Assembly: GCA_964016885.1 (NCBI GenBank)
Contig: OZ024740.1
Span: 132,990,001 to 133,054,000, forward strand
From: Eledone cirrhosa
Lineage: Eukaryota
Direction: 5' to 3'
Length of the DNA: 64,000 nt
This document shows, piece by piece, positions 40,099 to 50,654 of this stretch (the stretch's first letter is position 1; each line of letters begins with the position of its first letter). The translations under genes and the position numbers were made by a program. The notes under the pieces were generated by a model. It had not been told where the DNA came from, ran no database searches, and was given only the letters and a program-made list of their open reading frames with translations.

Positions 40099-42192
40099 TT
40101 ACCGTACTTTTGGTAGAGGAGGGATGGTTTTTACATCCCTTTTCACTTGATCGTCTGGTGAAGGGACCGTTGAATCGTCCCTTCGGCTGGTCGTCGGCTC
40201 TTCTAAGAGAATGTCTGAGTATACTCTTCGATTGATGGTTCCTCCTAGGTCCCTGAAATCACCAACTGCGTTGGGGAATTTCGTTTTAATATTTGTGTAT
40301 TGTTTCTGTGCTATTTTTAGCAGTCTTATGTTAGTTGGCGTTTTGATTGGTGCTGGTATTATGTAGTCCTGTTGTGAAATGTCTGTGTGTTCAATTATGT
40401 AAGTCATTAGTTTCTTGTTGTGTGTATTTATTGCCGTGCATTTGTTTTTCTGGGGGTGGGGTGTGGTTCTGCTATTTTCTTGTCGTTGTTGCTGGGTGTG
40501 TGTGTTTTGTTGTTGTGTTTGCGATGTTGGTGCTTGTGGTGGTGGTGTTGAAGGTGTTGTTGGCGGTGGGGTTGTCGCCGGTGGTGATGGTGGCGCTAGT
40601 GTGGGTGGTGATGGTGTTGGTGTTGTTGCTGCTGTGGGTCTCTTTGCAGTAGACTTTACCCTTTTCTCATTTCTTTCCTCCCTTTTCAAAGGCGACGATG
40701 CGCTGCTTCTGCGTTTGTGCCTTCTTACGACCTTTTGCCATCTCTCTCCCACCTCACACTCCATGTCTGATTCTGTGAGGTCGGGGAGGGGTACCAGCTC
40801 CACTCTTTCACTTGTTGTTGTTGGTGATGTTTGCACTGGAGTCTCTGTTGCAGCTGCATTTGGTATTGGTGTTGTTGTTGTTAATATTTCCACTGCTGCT
40901 TCTGTCTTTGATTTCCGTGGAGTGGGTATGGGTGCCACGGACCTATCGTTCCTGGTTGCCGCTTGTCCTGTTGCTGGTAGCCGTGGAGCCGGATTCGGAA
41001 GGAGGGGGGTTTTCTCCTTTCTCATGGTCTTCTCGTTGCAGAAGGCCCTGAGGTGAGTCTTCGATCCACAGCGAAAGCATTTCGGGCGTTTGCCCTCAAC
41101 ACTTATGGGCAGTTGAGTGCCGTTATCGAAGTCTATCACATCCGGGATAGCTTCGATGCACTCCTGGTTGGTTTGGATTAGCATCTCAATGGAGGAGCCG
41201 ACCCAATCTTCTCTTACTTTTTTCTGTACTTGCAGTACAGTTGTTTTGTCCTCGATTCCGACGAGGACAGACGCGGCCAGCCAAGAAGGGGTCATTCCGG
41301 GGGGGACGTGGGTCAGTTTGACCCTCACAATTTTTTGCCCGCAGTAGGAGGGCACCAACACCATTTCCTCGCTCCTTAGGGTCACTACTGATTGGGCCTT
41401 TGCCTCCTGGGGTGTGGCAAAAAGTACGTCTACGGTGGCGTATTTTTTGCCTCGGGTGATGTGCGTTTTCCTCTGCCACACAGACCCCAAGGCTTTTTGT
41501 ATTTGGGCCTCTGTGGCTCTTTCCACCCTACGGGATTTTGTACTTACTGTACGGTACGTGACTGTACAGTGCTCTTGGGTTTCGAAAAAATTTTTCGCTG
41601 CCTTGCAGATTGCTCGGTGTCCGTTCTTTGTCACCATCTTCTTCGCTTCCTCTAATTCCTCATTTGTTATGAGGATTGTTTCCAAGTTTTTCGCAATACC
41701 TGCAAATGAGATTGGTTTTTCTCTGCTGTTGTTGTTGTCGTCAGAGCTGCTGGTACTTTTGTTGCTGCAGGTACTACGACTACTGCCTCCGCCGCTGTTG
41801 CTGTGGTTGTTGTTGGTGTTGCTGCTGCTAATGCTGTTGTTGTTTATGCTGCTGGTGATGCTGTTGCGGCTGCTACTGTTGTTTTCATTGTCACTGTTGC
41901 TGTTGTTATTACGGCTGCTACTGCTATTATTCCTGACGTCAGACGAATGAACTGGGTTTTCGTATTTCCCGCACACCTGTTTCGTCGCTGTCGTCGTCGT
42001 CGTGGAGAAACCTTGCACGCTTTGCACGAGACTTTTCTTTTCTTTCGTCGCTTGCGAAAGAGAAGGGAGGGAGAGAGACACATTTAAAGAAGGGAGGGAG
42101 AGAGACAATCTTCTCTCTGCTGTAGTGATGATTGAGGAAGAAGAAGACGGAATGAGTGGGAGTGACGTATGAAATTTCTTTTTGGTAGCCAT
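40099..42192 (-). CDS. LINE ORF1 (gag-like, CCHC zinc knuckle); first ATG at 42192
   Basis: Open frame ending 35 nt before ORF2; CFRCGSKTHLRAFC; S/N-rich N-terminus and P/T-rich C-terminus. Confidence 0.9.
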   Translation of the reverse strand: MATKKKFHTSLPLIPSSSSSIITTAERRLSLSLPSLNVSLSLPSLSQATKEKKSLVQSVQGFSTTTTTATKQVCGKYENPVHSSDVRNNSSSSRNNNSNSDNENNSSSRNSITSSINNNSISSSNTNNNHSNSGGGSSRSTCSNKSTSSSDDNNNSREKPISFAGIAKNLETILITNEELEEAKKMVTKNGHRAICKAAKNFFETQEHCTVTYRTVSTKSRRVERATEAQIQKALGSVWQRKTHITRGKKYATVDVLFATPQEAKAQSVVTLRSEEMVLVPSYCGQKIVRVKLTHVPPGMTPSWLAASVLVGIEDKTTVLQVQKKVREDWVGSSIEMLIQTNQECIEAIPDVIDFDNGTQLPISVEGKRPKCFRCGSKTHLRAFCNEKTMRKEKTPLLPNPAPRLPATGQAATRNDRSVAPIPTPRKSKTEAAVEILTTTTPIPNAAATETPVQTSPTTTSERVELVPLPDLTESDMECEVGERWQKVVRRHKRRSSASSPLKREERNEKRVKSTAKRPTAATTPTPSPPTLAPPSPPATTPPPTTPSTPPPQAPTSQTQQQNTHTQQQRQENSRTTPHPQKNKCTAINTHNKKLMTYIIEHTDISQQDYIIPAPIKTPTNIRLLKIAQKQYTNIKTKFPNAVGDFRDLGGTINRRVYSDILLEEPTTSRRDDSTVPSPDDQVKRDVKTIPPLPKVR

Positions 42193-42546
42193 GTTTTTTT
42201 GTTTAAAATAAAATTTTGGGTACAAAACCCCAATAACTGGTTATTTAACCCCGAAGGGCCAAATAACGGACAGAAAGACCCCTCTCACGAGGAGGAGGGT
42301 GTCTTTATCAACAATTTGGTTCAAGTTTTAAACAATTTACAATTGTTTTAACGGTTAAAAATTACTATACCTTACAGAGCCGAGCCTCCGTCAACCATGA
42401 CATTCAATAATAATAATAATAATAATGACAACAACAACAAGAACGACTATAAAATTACTCTTTTTAAAATATTACAACATTGAAATAGAAACAAATGGGG
42501 TTGATTTAATTATTTACATAAGGTTATATACATATATATATATAAG

Positions 42547-42587
<41 letters not shown>

Positions 42588-42776
42588 AATCCTGTTGCTC
42601 TATATAGCTGCTATTTTTTTAGTAGTAATTGCAGACAGCAAGTCTTTGATTTTCCCGCTTTTACTTCGGTCCAGTTTACATACGGGTCACTTTTACGACC
42701 TTTCAGACCTTTATTAGCTGGCAGGAGGTTATATATTTTGTCGTTCCTGGGACGTTTAGCCCTAGGAAGGGAAAAT

Positions 42777-42858
42777 GCTTCTCTGATGAGCTTTGGTTTT
42801 CCATCATAAATCCATCGGATTTATGAGGTTTTACAAAGCGAAACTGATCAGTAAGGGC
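42777..42858 (+). ncRNA. Type I hammerhead ribozyme
   Basis: ttct-CTGATGA-gctttg..tcataaatcc(atc)ggatttatga..caaagc-GAAActgatcaGTA-aggg; predicted cut after 42853. Confidence 0.9.
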
Positions 42859-43261
42859 CACTAGGAGAGGTAAATATTTATATTATATTTTTTAATGTAT
42901 TTTAAAAAATTTATTGAATTTTACTTGTTCTGCTTATCTTAATATTAAATTTCTGGTGTATCAAATTAATACCATTGAACAACCTTGAATCATAGACAAC
43001 CTATGTATTTCTGGGGCTACCTAGTATCCCTGGACATATTAACTTCAATCTTTTACTCCGTCCGTTGAGAACAATCCTGTTGCTCTATATAGCTGCTATT
43101 TTTTTAGTAGTAATTGTAGACAGCAAGTCTTTGATTTTCCCGCTTTTACTTCGGTCCAGTTTACATACGGGTCACTTTTACGACCTTTCAGACCTTTATT
43201 AGCTGGCAGGAGGTTATATATTTTGTCGTTCCTGGGACGTTTAGCCCTAGGAAGGGAAAAT

Positions 43262-43343
43262 GCTTCTCTGATGAGCTTTGGTTTTCCATCATAAATCCAT
43301 CGGATTTATGAGGTTTTACAAAGCGAAACTGATCAGTAAGGGC
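43262..43343 (+). ncRNA. Type I hammerhead ribozyme (second copy)
   Basis: Same sequence as 42777-42858; predicted cut after 43338. Confidence 0.9.
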
Positions 43344-43717
43344 CACTAGGAGAGGTAAATATTTATATCATATTTTTTAATGTATTTTAAAAAATTGATT
43401 GAATTTTACTTGTTCTGCTTATCTTAATATATATATATATATATATATATTTACATATATATATGTGTGTGTGAGTGTGTGTGTGTGTGTTTATATATAT
43501 CCATTATTCTATATCACTAATGTTATTCCTTTCTCATGGACGTTAATTAACTACTTTATAAACTTAGATCTACTAACACTCTCACGCATAGGTATAGAGA
43601 GTTATATACGTTACCTGCTTCTAGATGGGTATATCCACTAATACACCCATAAGTGTCTATATGTAATAATATGCATATATTAACACGCACGCACACGCAC
43701 ACACACGCACTGAAACA

Positions 43718-43752
<35 letters not shown>

Positions 43753-43786
43753 CTCTATCTCTCCCTCTCTTTATTTCTCTCTCTCA

Positions 43787-43863
<77 letters not shown>

Positions 43864-43944
43864 ACCTGCACTTATACAGATGTGTAATTTTATAACTGCT
43901 CGAAAGCTTTCTGAAAATATAATTCGGTATAGCGAAAATAAATT

Positions 43945-44890
43945 ATAAATATTTATAAGTAAGCCTCATCAGCCATGCCAGTCACGTTATGTTTAAAGTG
44001 ATACTGAACCGATTGAACCAACAAGTGGAAGAAATCTTCGCGGAGCAACACGCTGGATTTTGTAAAGGAAGAAACATCATAGGACAGTTATTCTATTTCG
44101 AAGTTCTGTGAGAGAAAATAAATCAACACCACCAGTTGATACATTATGCGTTCATATATTTCAAAACAACCATGCGATGAGTTGCGAAGTTAGCCACTAT
44201 GTGGAAACAGATAGTAGAGAGAGCTGATTGAAATTATAATCCAGCTCTATGAAAAAGCAACTCGTGCAATTCGCGTTCAGAAGAAAATAGAAGAGAGGTT
44301 TCATACAGCAGATGGATTTATACAGGGATGTTTCATATCAGGGACACTCTTTAATGCCTTCTTGGGACACATAATGTGCGATGCTATTGAAAGGCACTTC
44401 AGCATAGTTAGTCTTGAAGGAAGCAGTATCAGCAACACATGATTGGCCTATAACATTGATATAACATTGATGAGCTGAAATGCCACTTCGACTCCGAGGT
44501 AATCCTATGTGAGTCTTAATGAAAATAAGCGCCGAGAGGACAAAACGACCAAGATAAGAACCACAACAAAAATAGTATTAAGGGTCAAATGTTTGATAGG
44601 TTTGACTGCTTGAAATATCTTGGCGTCGTTAACATCGAAGAAGTGGCAAAGCAGCAAATCACATTAAAAACATCTCAAGCATCAGCAGCATTACCAAGCT
44701 TATATGTGAAACAAATCCTCAGTCTCAATAGTAAATTGAAAGCCATATGTGATTTAGTATTCTACATTTTGCTACAAGAAAAGAAGAGCATCTCCTATAC
44801 GAAACTCATGAACAATGAAAGTCTATGAAGATCTTTTAACCAATGAAGAGAAAAGAAACGCGAGTGAATCATCCTCCACGATTCATTTCA
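43945..44890 (+). pseudogene. Ancient RTE-clade LINE RT fragment
   Basis: SLISHASHVMFKVILNRLNQQVEEIFAEQHAGFCKGR, GFIQGCFIS.TLFN, FDCLKYLG; heavily disrupted. Confidence 0.75.
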
Positions 44891-45273
44891 AAGAAAAAGA
44901 AAGGCAAATACTTCGGAAGAGGAAATAGCCGAAAACAATTGGGACTTCACATTAAGTCCTAGCTCAGAACAGAGTAGGATGTCGGGAGATAGTACAGCGC
45001 CTATATCACTCTGGAGAGTCACGGGAAAGATGGTGAATGTATATCCAACGTTGGTATCAATCAGTTTCAACAGGCCAGCAAGAAAAATAACTGTATATGT
45101 ATATGACATTACCATAGTAGTGGTCCGACGAGCTTTTGATTCCAGAGTGCGGCTATATCGATACAGACGGACTTTGAGCTGATAAATAGCGAAACGTGCG
45201 TCGCTACTCAATAAACGTATTGAAGACATGACAAATCGTCCTTTTATTATCATTTGTTATTATTCTTATTATT

Positions 45274-45460
45274 GAAGGTGGAAAACTTGGAGAGGGCTCT
45301 TGCCCTGGTGGTCAGGGTCACCGTGGTTTTTTTAATGGTCTTTCTCAACAAATGTCCCTCGGAAGTCTCCCGCCTATTGGGGAATTTTTCACTGTTTATT
45401 TTTTGTTACATCCTCCGGTTTTGTTTTTACACGAAGAAATGCCCATTTGTACTGTCCATT
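45274..45460 (+). mobile_element. Solo Tx1 3'UTR fragment
   Basis: Matches 62325-62530 and the reverse complement of 36420-36640; tta repeats on both sides. Confidence 0.85.
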
Positions 45461-45484
45461 ATTAATATTATTATTATTACAGCT

Positions 45485-48400
45485 GCATTTATCTTGCTTT
45501 ATGTTCATACGAGTTATCACCAAGTCACAACCAGTGACCTCAAGAGACAACAAGGTCCGCCATGTTCAAGAAAGAACATACATATTCACACATGCATCTT
45601 TAGTGTTTAGACTTGTGATGTACTTATATTGACAGAATCTGCCTTAGTATATGGGCAGTTCCCATTAGTACTATCTTTTGTATTTCTCCTATAAGCAGGT
45701 TTCCTGGGATTTGCGATAAGTAATCATTAACCCCTTAGGTATCATTCCTAGAGCGCCTACAACCACTGGTATTGTTTTAGTTCTCAATTTCCACATTTTT
45801 CCAAATTCTATCTCCAGGTCCTTATACTTGCTCAATTTTTCAAATGTTTTTATAGATACATGCTTGTCTATTGGAACGGACATATCAATTAGCAGGCATC
45901 CCCTCTTTTTAAAGTCCTTCAATATTATATCAGGTCTATTTGCATCTATTTTTCGGTCTGTTTGGATGCTAAAGTTCCACAAGATTGAGATGTGATCTTT
46001 TTCAAGTATGGGAGCTGGTTGATGCTCCCACCAATTCTTTTGATGGGGCAGGTCAAAACACTTACACATTATCCAGTATATGTATTGTGCAGCTCTGTCA
46101 TGCCTGTTTAGGTATTCGGTTGGAGCTATAGGACTGCACATTGAAATGCTATGGTCAATGGTCTCTGGTTGTTTTTATCATACACGGCATAATGGACTGC
46201 ATCCATTTTTTATTATGTTAGCTTGGTAATATTTTGATGGCAGACACTGATCCTGTGCTGATATAATCAGTCCTTCAGTCTCCGATTTCAGTCGAGTGGA
46301 TGCCAACCACTGATGGGTTAAAGTTTTGTCAACAACAGGATTGTTAGCTCGTTCTGGGTATTTTCCATACAGAGGCTTTTCATGCCATTTCTTAGTCAGT
46401 TTCTGTAGCAGTTCTTTCTTTGCAGTTACTTTTACCTGCTTTGCTTTTTCTGTGATTTCCATTTCAGCAGTAAATGGGACTTCTGAAATGCGTAGTCCAT
46501 TACTGTACCTTTGTGCATCTTTTGTAATGGAGTATGATCTTTTGATTCTTTCGTTTTTCAAAACGAGTTTGATCATCCAACATGTGATTCCCTTAGATAT
46601 GTAGATAATCCAATTGTTGCAGTTTTCAACGTAATGTCTAACTGGATTAACCCACGTCCTCCTTCTTTCCTAGGGAGATATATTCTATCTGTATCTGCCT
46701 TAGGGTGATGCATTCTGTGCATGGTTAAGAATTTTCTAATTTTTGTATCGAGCCTACGGATCTCTGTGCTTGACCAGTTAATGGCATTGTAACTGTAGGT
46801 TACTACTGGTACGGCAACTGTGTTTATGGCATCGATCCTATTCCTTGCATTCAATTCCTTTCTTAAGATTGCTCTTACTCTGCGGTAACATTCTTTCCTT
46901 ATCCTTTCCCTCATTGTCGAGTGCTTGATTCCGTCTCCTTCACAAACACCTAGATATTTGTAAGTTCCCTCTTGTTCAAGTTCTCTTATCACGTTCCCCC
47001 GATCAAGATTAATGTCTGAACTCTTCAGCAGCTTTCCTCTGGTGAACGTTGCTTTGGCGCATTTATCTAGTCCACACTCCATTTTAATGTCATCACTGAA
47101 CTGCTTCACAGTGGATAATAGCCCTTGCAATTGTTCATCATTTTTTGCAAATAGTTTCAGGCCATACATGTAGAACAGGTGACTAATGGTTTTGTCATAG
47201 ACTTTATATCCATGTTTTGTTTCATAGAGCATTCTACTTAATGGTATAAGTGCGATCCAGAATAAAAGCGGTGATAAAGAGTCACCCTGAAAAATTCCAC
47301 AATTAATATTAACTTCTCCAGCTTCCAGTGATTTTGTTTCACTATTCAAAGGGAGTGTCGTTTTCCATGTCTTCATACTGAATGACAAAAACCTCCTGAC
47401 AACGGGGGATATTTTGAAAATCTCTAAACATTTTTCAATCCAACTGTGTGGCAAACTATCGAATGCTTTTTTATAACCTATCCAAGCAATCGATAGATTT
47501 TTGTGTCTATTATGACAATCTTCCAGTATCATTTTGTTAACCAGAAGTTGATCCTTACAGCCATATGAGACTCGTTTACACCCTTTCTGCTCAATGGGAA
47601 ATAGGTCATTTGTTATCAGGTGGTCATATGTGTATTCAGTTAGGACTGATGTTAAAAGTTTATACATTGTGGTAAAGCAAGTTATCGGTCTGTAATTTTT
47701 GTGATTGTTTGTCTCATCATTCTTCGGAAGCAGGAATGTAATGCCATTAACTAGCCATGATGGTATCTTTTCTGGCTCCTTAACTATTTCATTGTAAAGT
47801 TGGGCTAACAGCTCATGAGACTCTGTGAAGACATTTATCCAAAAGTTTTGTATTTTGTCTTTTGCTGTGGATTTCCATTTGTTGGTTTTTCTTAGAGCCA
47901 AGCGCAACTGTTCAACTGTTATATTTTCCCATATTTGTTCCTCAAGGTGAGCTGTATCTTTCATTTGTCTGTCTATCCATGGGGCATGTATGTTATGAAC
48001 TTTTTATTCGGCCCAGATCTTTTCCCAGAATTCTTGCACTTCCTCCTTGGGTGGTATTGATTTAGCAGTTATTGTTGACTTACCAATTTTTCTGTAGAAG
48101 TTTCTTTGGTTGTTTTGGAACATATTATTGTCCTTATAGAATCTAGATCGTTTTTCAAAGCGCCTTATACGAGCAGCTTTGGCCGACACTTTTTCCTTGA
48201 TTATTTCTATCAGCATGTCTATGTCACATGTTGATTCTATACTGTACTTTATTTTCAATTTTCTAAGTTTAGTTTGTTTAACATGTTCACCTACTTTATA
48301 GTTTGTTAAAATTTCTATGTCAGATCGGAGAAGGTTTATTTGGCGATTGATGTTCTCTTGCCAAGTAGATTTCTTGTGGGAATTCCTTTCTTTTTTCATC

Positions 48401-49412
48401 TTCACTCCACATAAGTGAGATGATTTAAATCAGTAATGTTTAGTTTGGTTGTGATGATAATGTTTTTGAGAATTATGTTAGTCTTGTGTATTATCTTTTG
48501 GTTCTGTTTGGAGTTCTGGATCTTAGGGAGGGTGTCTCGTTGCCCCATGTCAGATTCTTTCATTTTCATCCATTCGATCATAATTTCATCCTTCAAGTTG
48601 GCAAGTTCATTCTCATTCATTTCTTTATCATTTACGATCTCATTATTTTCATTTGGAGTTTCATCCTGAGCATGCACTCCCTCCACTTTTTCGATCCTTT
48701 CTTTAATTTGTTCTGTTGCCAGTGATTCCGCCCCAACCCTGGGATTCGAAGTGTTACAGTTTACCTCGTTTTCACTGACACATGTTTCATTTTCCCTTCG
48801 CTGACTTTGTGCTAATAGTTTGATCTGATCAATTTCTATATCAGTTAGTAACTTTTTTCTTACAATATTTCTTCGTATATTGGCTAGTTTGTTACTGTCA
48901 ATATAGCCTCTGTTTTCGGGATGTTTCTTTTTTCAGTTGATATATGTCTGTTCTGTATTCGATTTATTTGATGGGTAGTACATGGCAGTGTAGAAAGCCT
49001 CAAGGACTTCTTTATTATCTTCCCTTGACCATTTTTCTCTATTTTTCTTTTTCATTTCTTGGTGGTGAGCATGGAGGGCCAACAGTAGGTGTATTCCGGT
49101 TATAGGAGGTCTCCAGCTCCGAAGTGATGGGAAGGTTTGAACCATTAGCTGATTTTTCGACCCCAGTCTGGTTCCTCTCTGAGGGACGCGGCCCTTTTTT
49201 ACCCGGGTGACGGCCGATCCGGTATGAGATTTTATCATTAGACATTTACTTTATTTTGTCGCGTTTTATCCTTATCCGCCAAGGGGTAATCATTTCGTGT
49301 TACCAGTTCTAGAACGAGTGTCAACCAAGACTAGAGGGGTCGTTTTCCCCTAGAGACACGGCTATTCCCCGCCAGCCGCCATCCCGGTATTTCTAAGTCA
49401 CGGGGTTTTCTT
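45485..49412 (-). mobile_element. Near full-length decayed R4/Dong-type element
   Basis: NYRPITC, KKAFDS, GIFQGDSLSPLLF, mutated HLFYMYGLKLF, CRV, RHD, NRPDIILKD; N-terminal ORF fragments to about 49245. Confidence 0.9.
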
Positions 49413-50354
49413 TTTGTTGTTTTTTTTAAATTGTTATTATCATGAGTGGTTCCTTAATGTGAGCATTGCGTGGCTTAAGAATGGAATTATTAATAACTGT
49501 CTCCACTCCAGGCACAAGGCCAGCAATCACCCAGTGCATTACAATAATATAATATACTTTTTTGTTGTAGTTGGCTGTTATTGTTGTTGGCTATGTCGGT
49601 GGTGGTGCCGGGGCTTTTTAGATTGTTGGTGAGGAAGGGGTGAGCCAGCAGTCCCATAGTTGTTGACGTTGACGTTTGGCCGGTGGCCAGGTCACTAAGT
49701 CAATCTATTTATATCTTTAGCTAGCCTCTCCCTTGTCTAGTGATACCGCCACCTTCCCCTTTCGCTCTTAAGTTAAAAGGGGAATAGTGGTGGTAGCAAT
49801 GAAGGAGTGGTGGCGGCGGCGATGGGATAGTGGTAGCAGTGATGGATGGGGTGGGGGTGGCAGCGGTGACGTTGTGGTTACTGATATGTAGTATCCATTA
49901 GTTTGTGTTCGTATGTTTAATATATATTTTTATTATATATTGTGTTGACATATTCCCGTAAAATTGGAATTAAACATTTTGTTAAAATTTGAGACAATAA
50001 TAATAGTAATTATTATTATGATGCTGGGATTGATGGTGGTGGTGGTGAAATTGCCGTTATCTGGCTGTTATATTTAGTGTGATGGGATAGGTGGTGTATC
50101 AAGTTTCTGGTGTTGGTGAAATTGCTGTTATTTGGCTGTTCTATATAGTGTAGACAGAGGGTGTTTTCTTCCATTTATAACCATTTTCTTTTTTTGAAAA
50201 CAAAATATATAATACGAAATTGAATATTTGAGCGATTAAACAATATAATATGGATCCGAAACTTTATGGGACCTCATTCGGTGGTTTATGCAACATTTGT
50301 ACTAAGAATTGTTATTTCACAATTGATTTAAATATGTTAAAAATCAAAAACTTC

Positions 50355-50621
50355 TCAACAAGTTCCATGTCTGTGGATCTCTAAATTCATTTTCTCAAAG
50401 AAGGTACTATGAAGGGATTTTCCCTGAAGGCTGCTCTTTCTCCTTGATGTTATTTCCTCCTTGGACATCCCCTGGCCTACTGTCCCCTCCTTCAGTACAG
50501 TTCTGAGCATTGGCTCCTTACTATCAGTCACGTATTTGTATAGGTTGTTTTTCTCCATCTGAACACAGTCCTCTATGCTGATAAGACCTCTTCCACCCTC
50601 AGATCTCCTTAGGTAGAGTCT
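50355..50621 (-). mobile_element. Duplicated internal fragment of the adjacent Dong-type element
   Basis: Near-identical to about 51420-51686. Confidence 0.9.
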
Positions 50622-50654
50622 ATTATTATTATTATTATTATTATTGTTGTTGTT

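Larger units (their letters stand above)
36381..42405 (-). mobile_element. Full-length intact L1/Tx1-clade LINE in a (TAA)n tract
   Basis: Two open ORFs, short UTRs, AATAAA near 3' end, aat repeats on both flanks. Confidence 0.95.
42588..43430 (+). mobile_element. 485-bp-period direct repeat with an HHR in each copy (PLE pLTR tandem or retrozyme-like)
   Basis: 42588-42945 nearly identical to 43073-43430; (TA)n on both sides. Confidence 0.85.

Noticed and set aside
36971-42087. Plus-strand ORFs overlapping the intact LINE
   Set aside because: Antisense shadows of GC-rich or trinucleotide-rich coding sequence, with no motifs
42275-42305. ctcctcg in the Tx1 5'UTR resembling an HDV ribozyme L3 loop
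   Set aside because: Fits a simple hairpin; no P2 or J4/2 found
45254-46060. Segmental duplication with 62325-63160
   Set aside because: The Tx1 parts differ in length and internal deletions; independent insertions at TAA tracts explain it better, though duplication is not fully excluded
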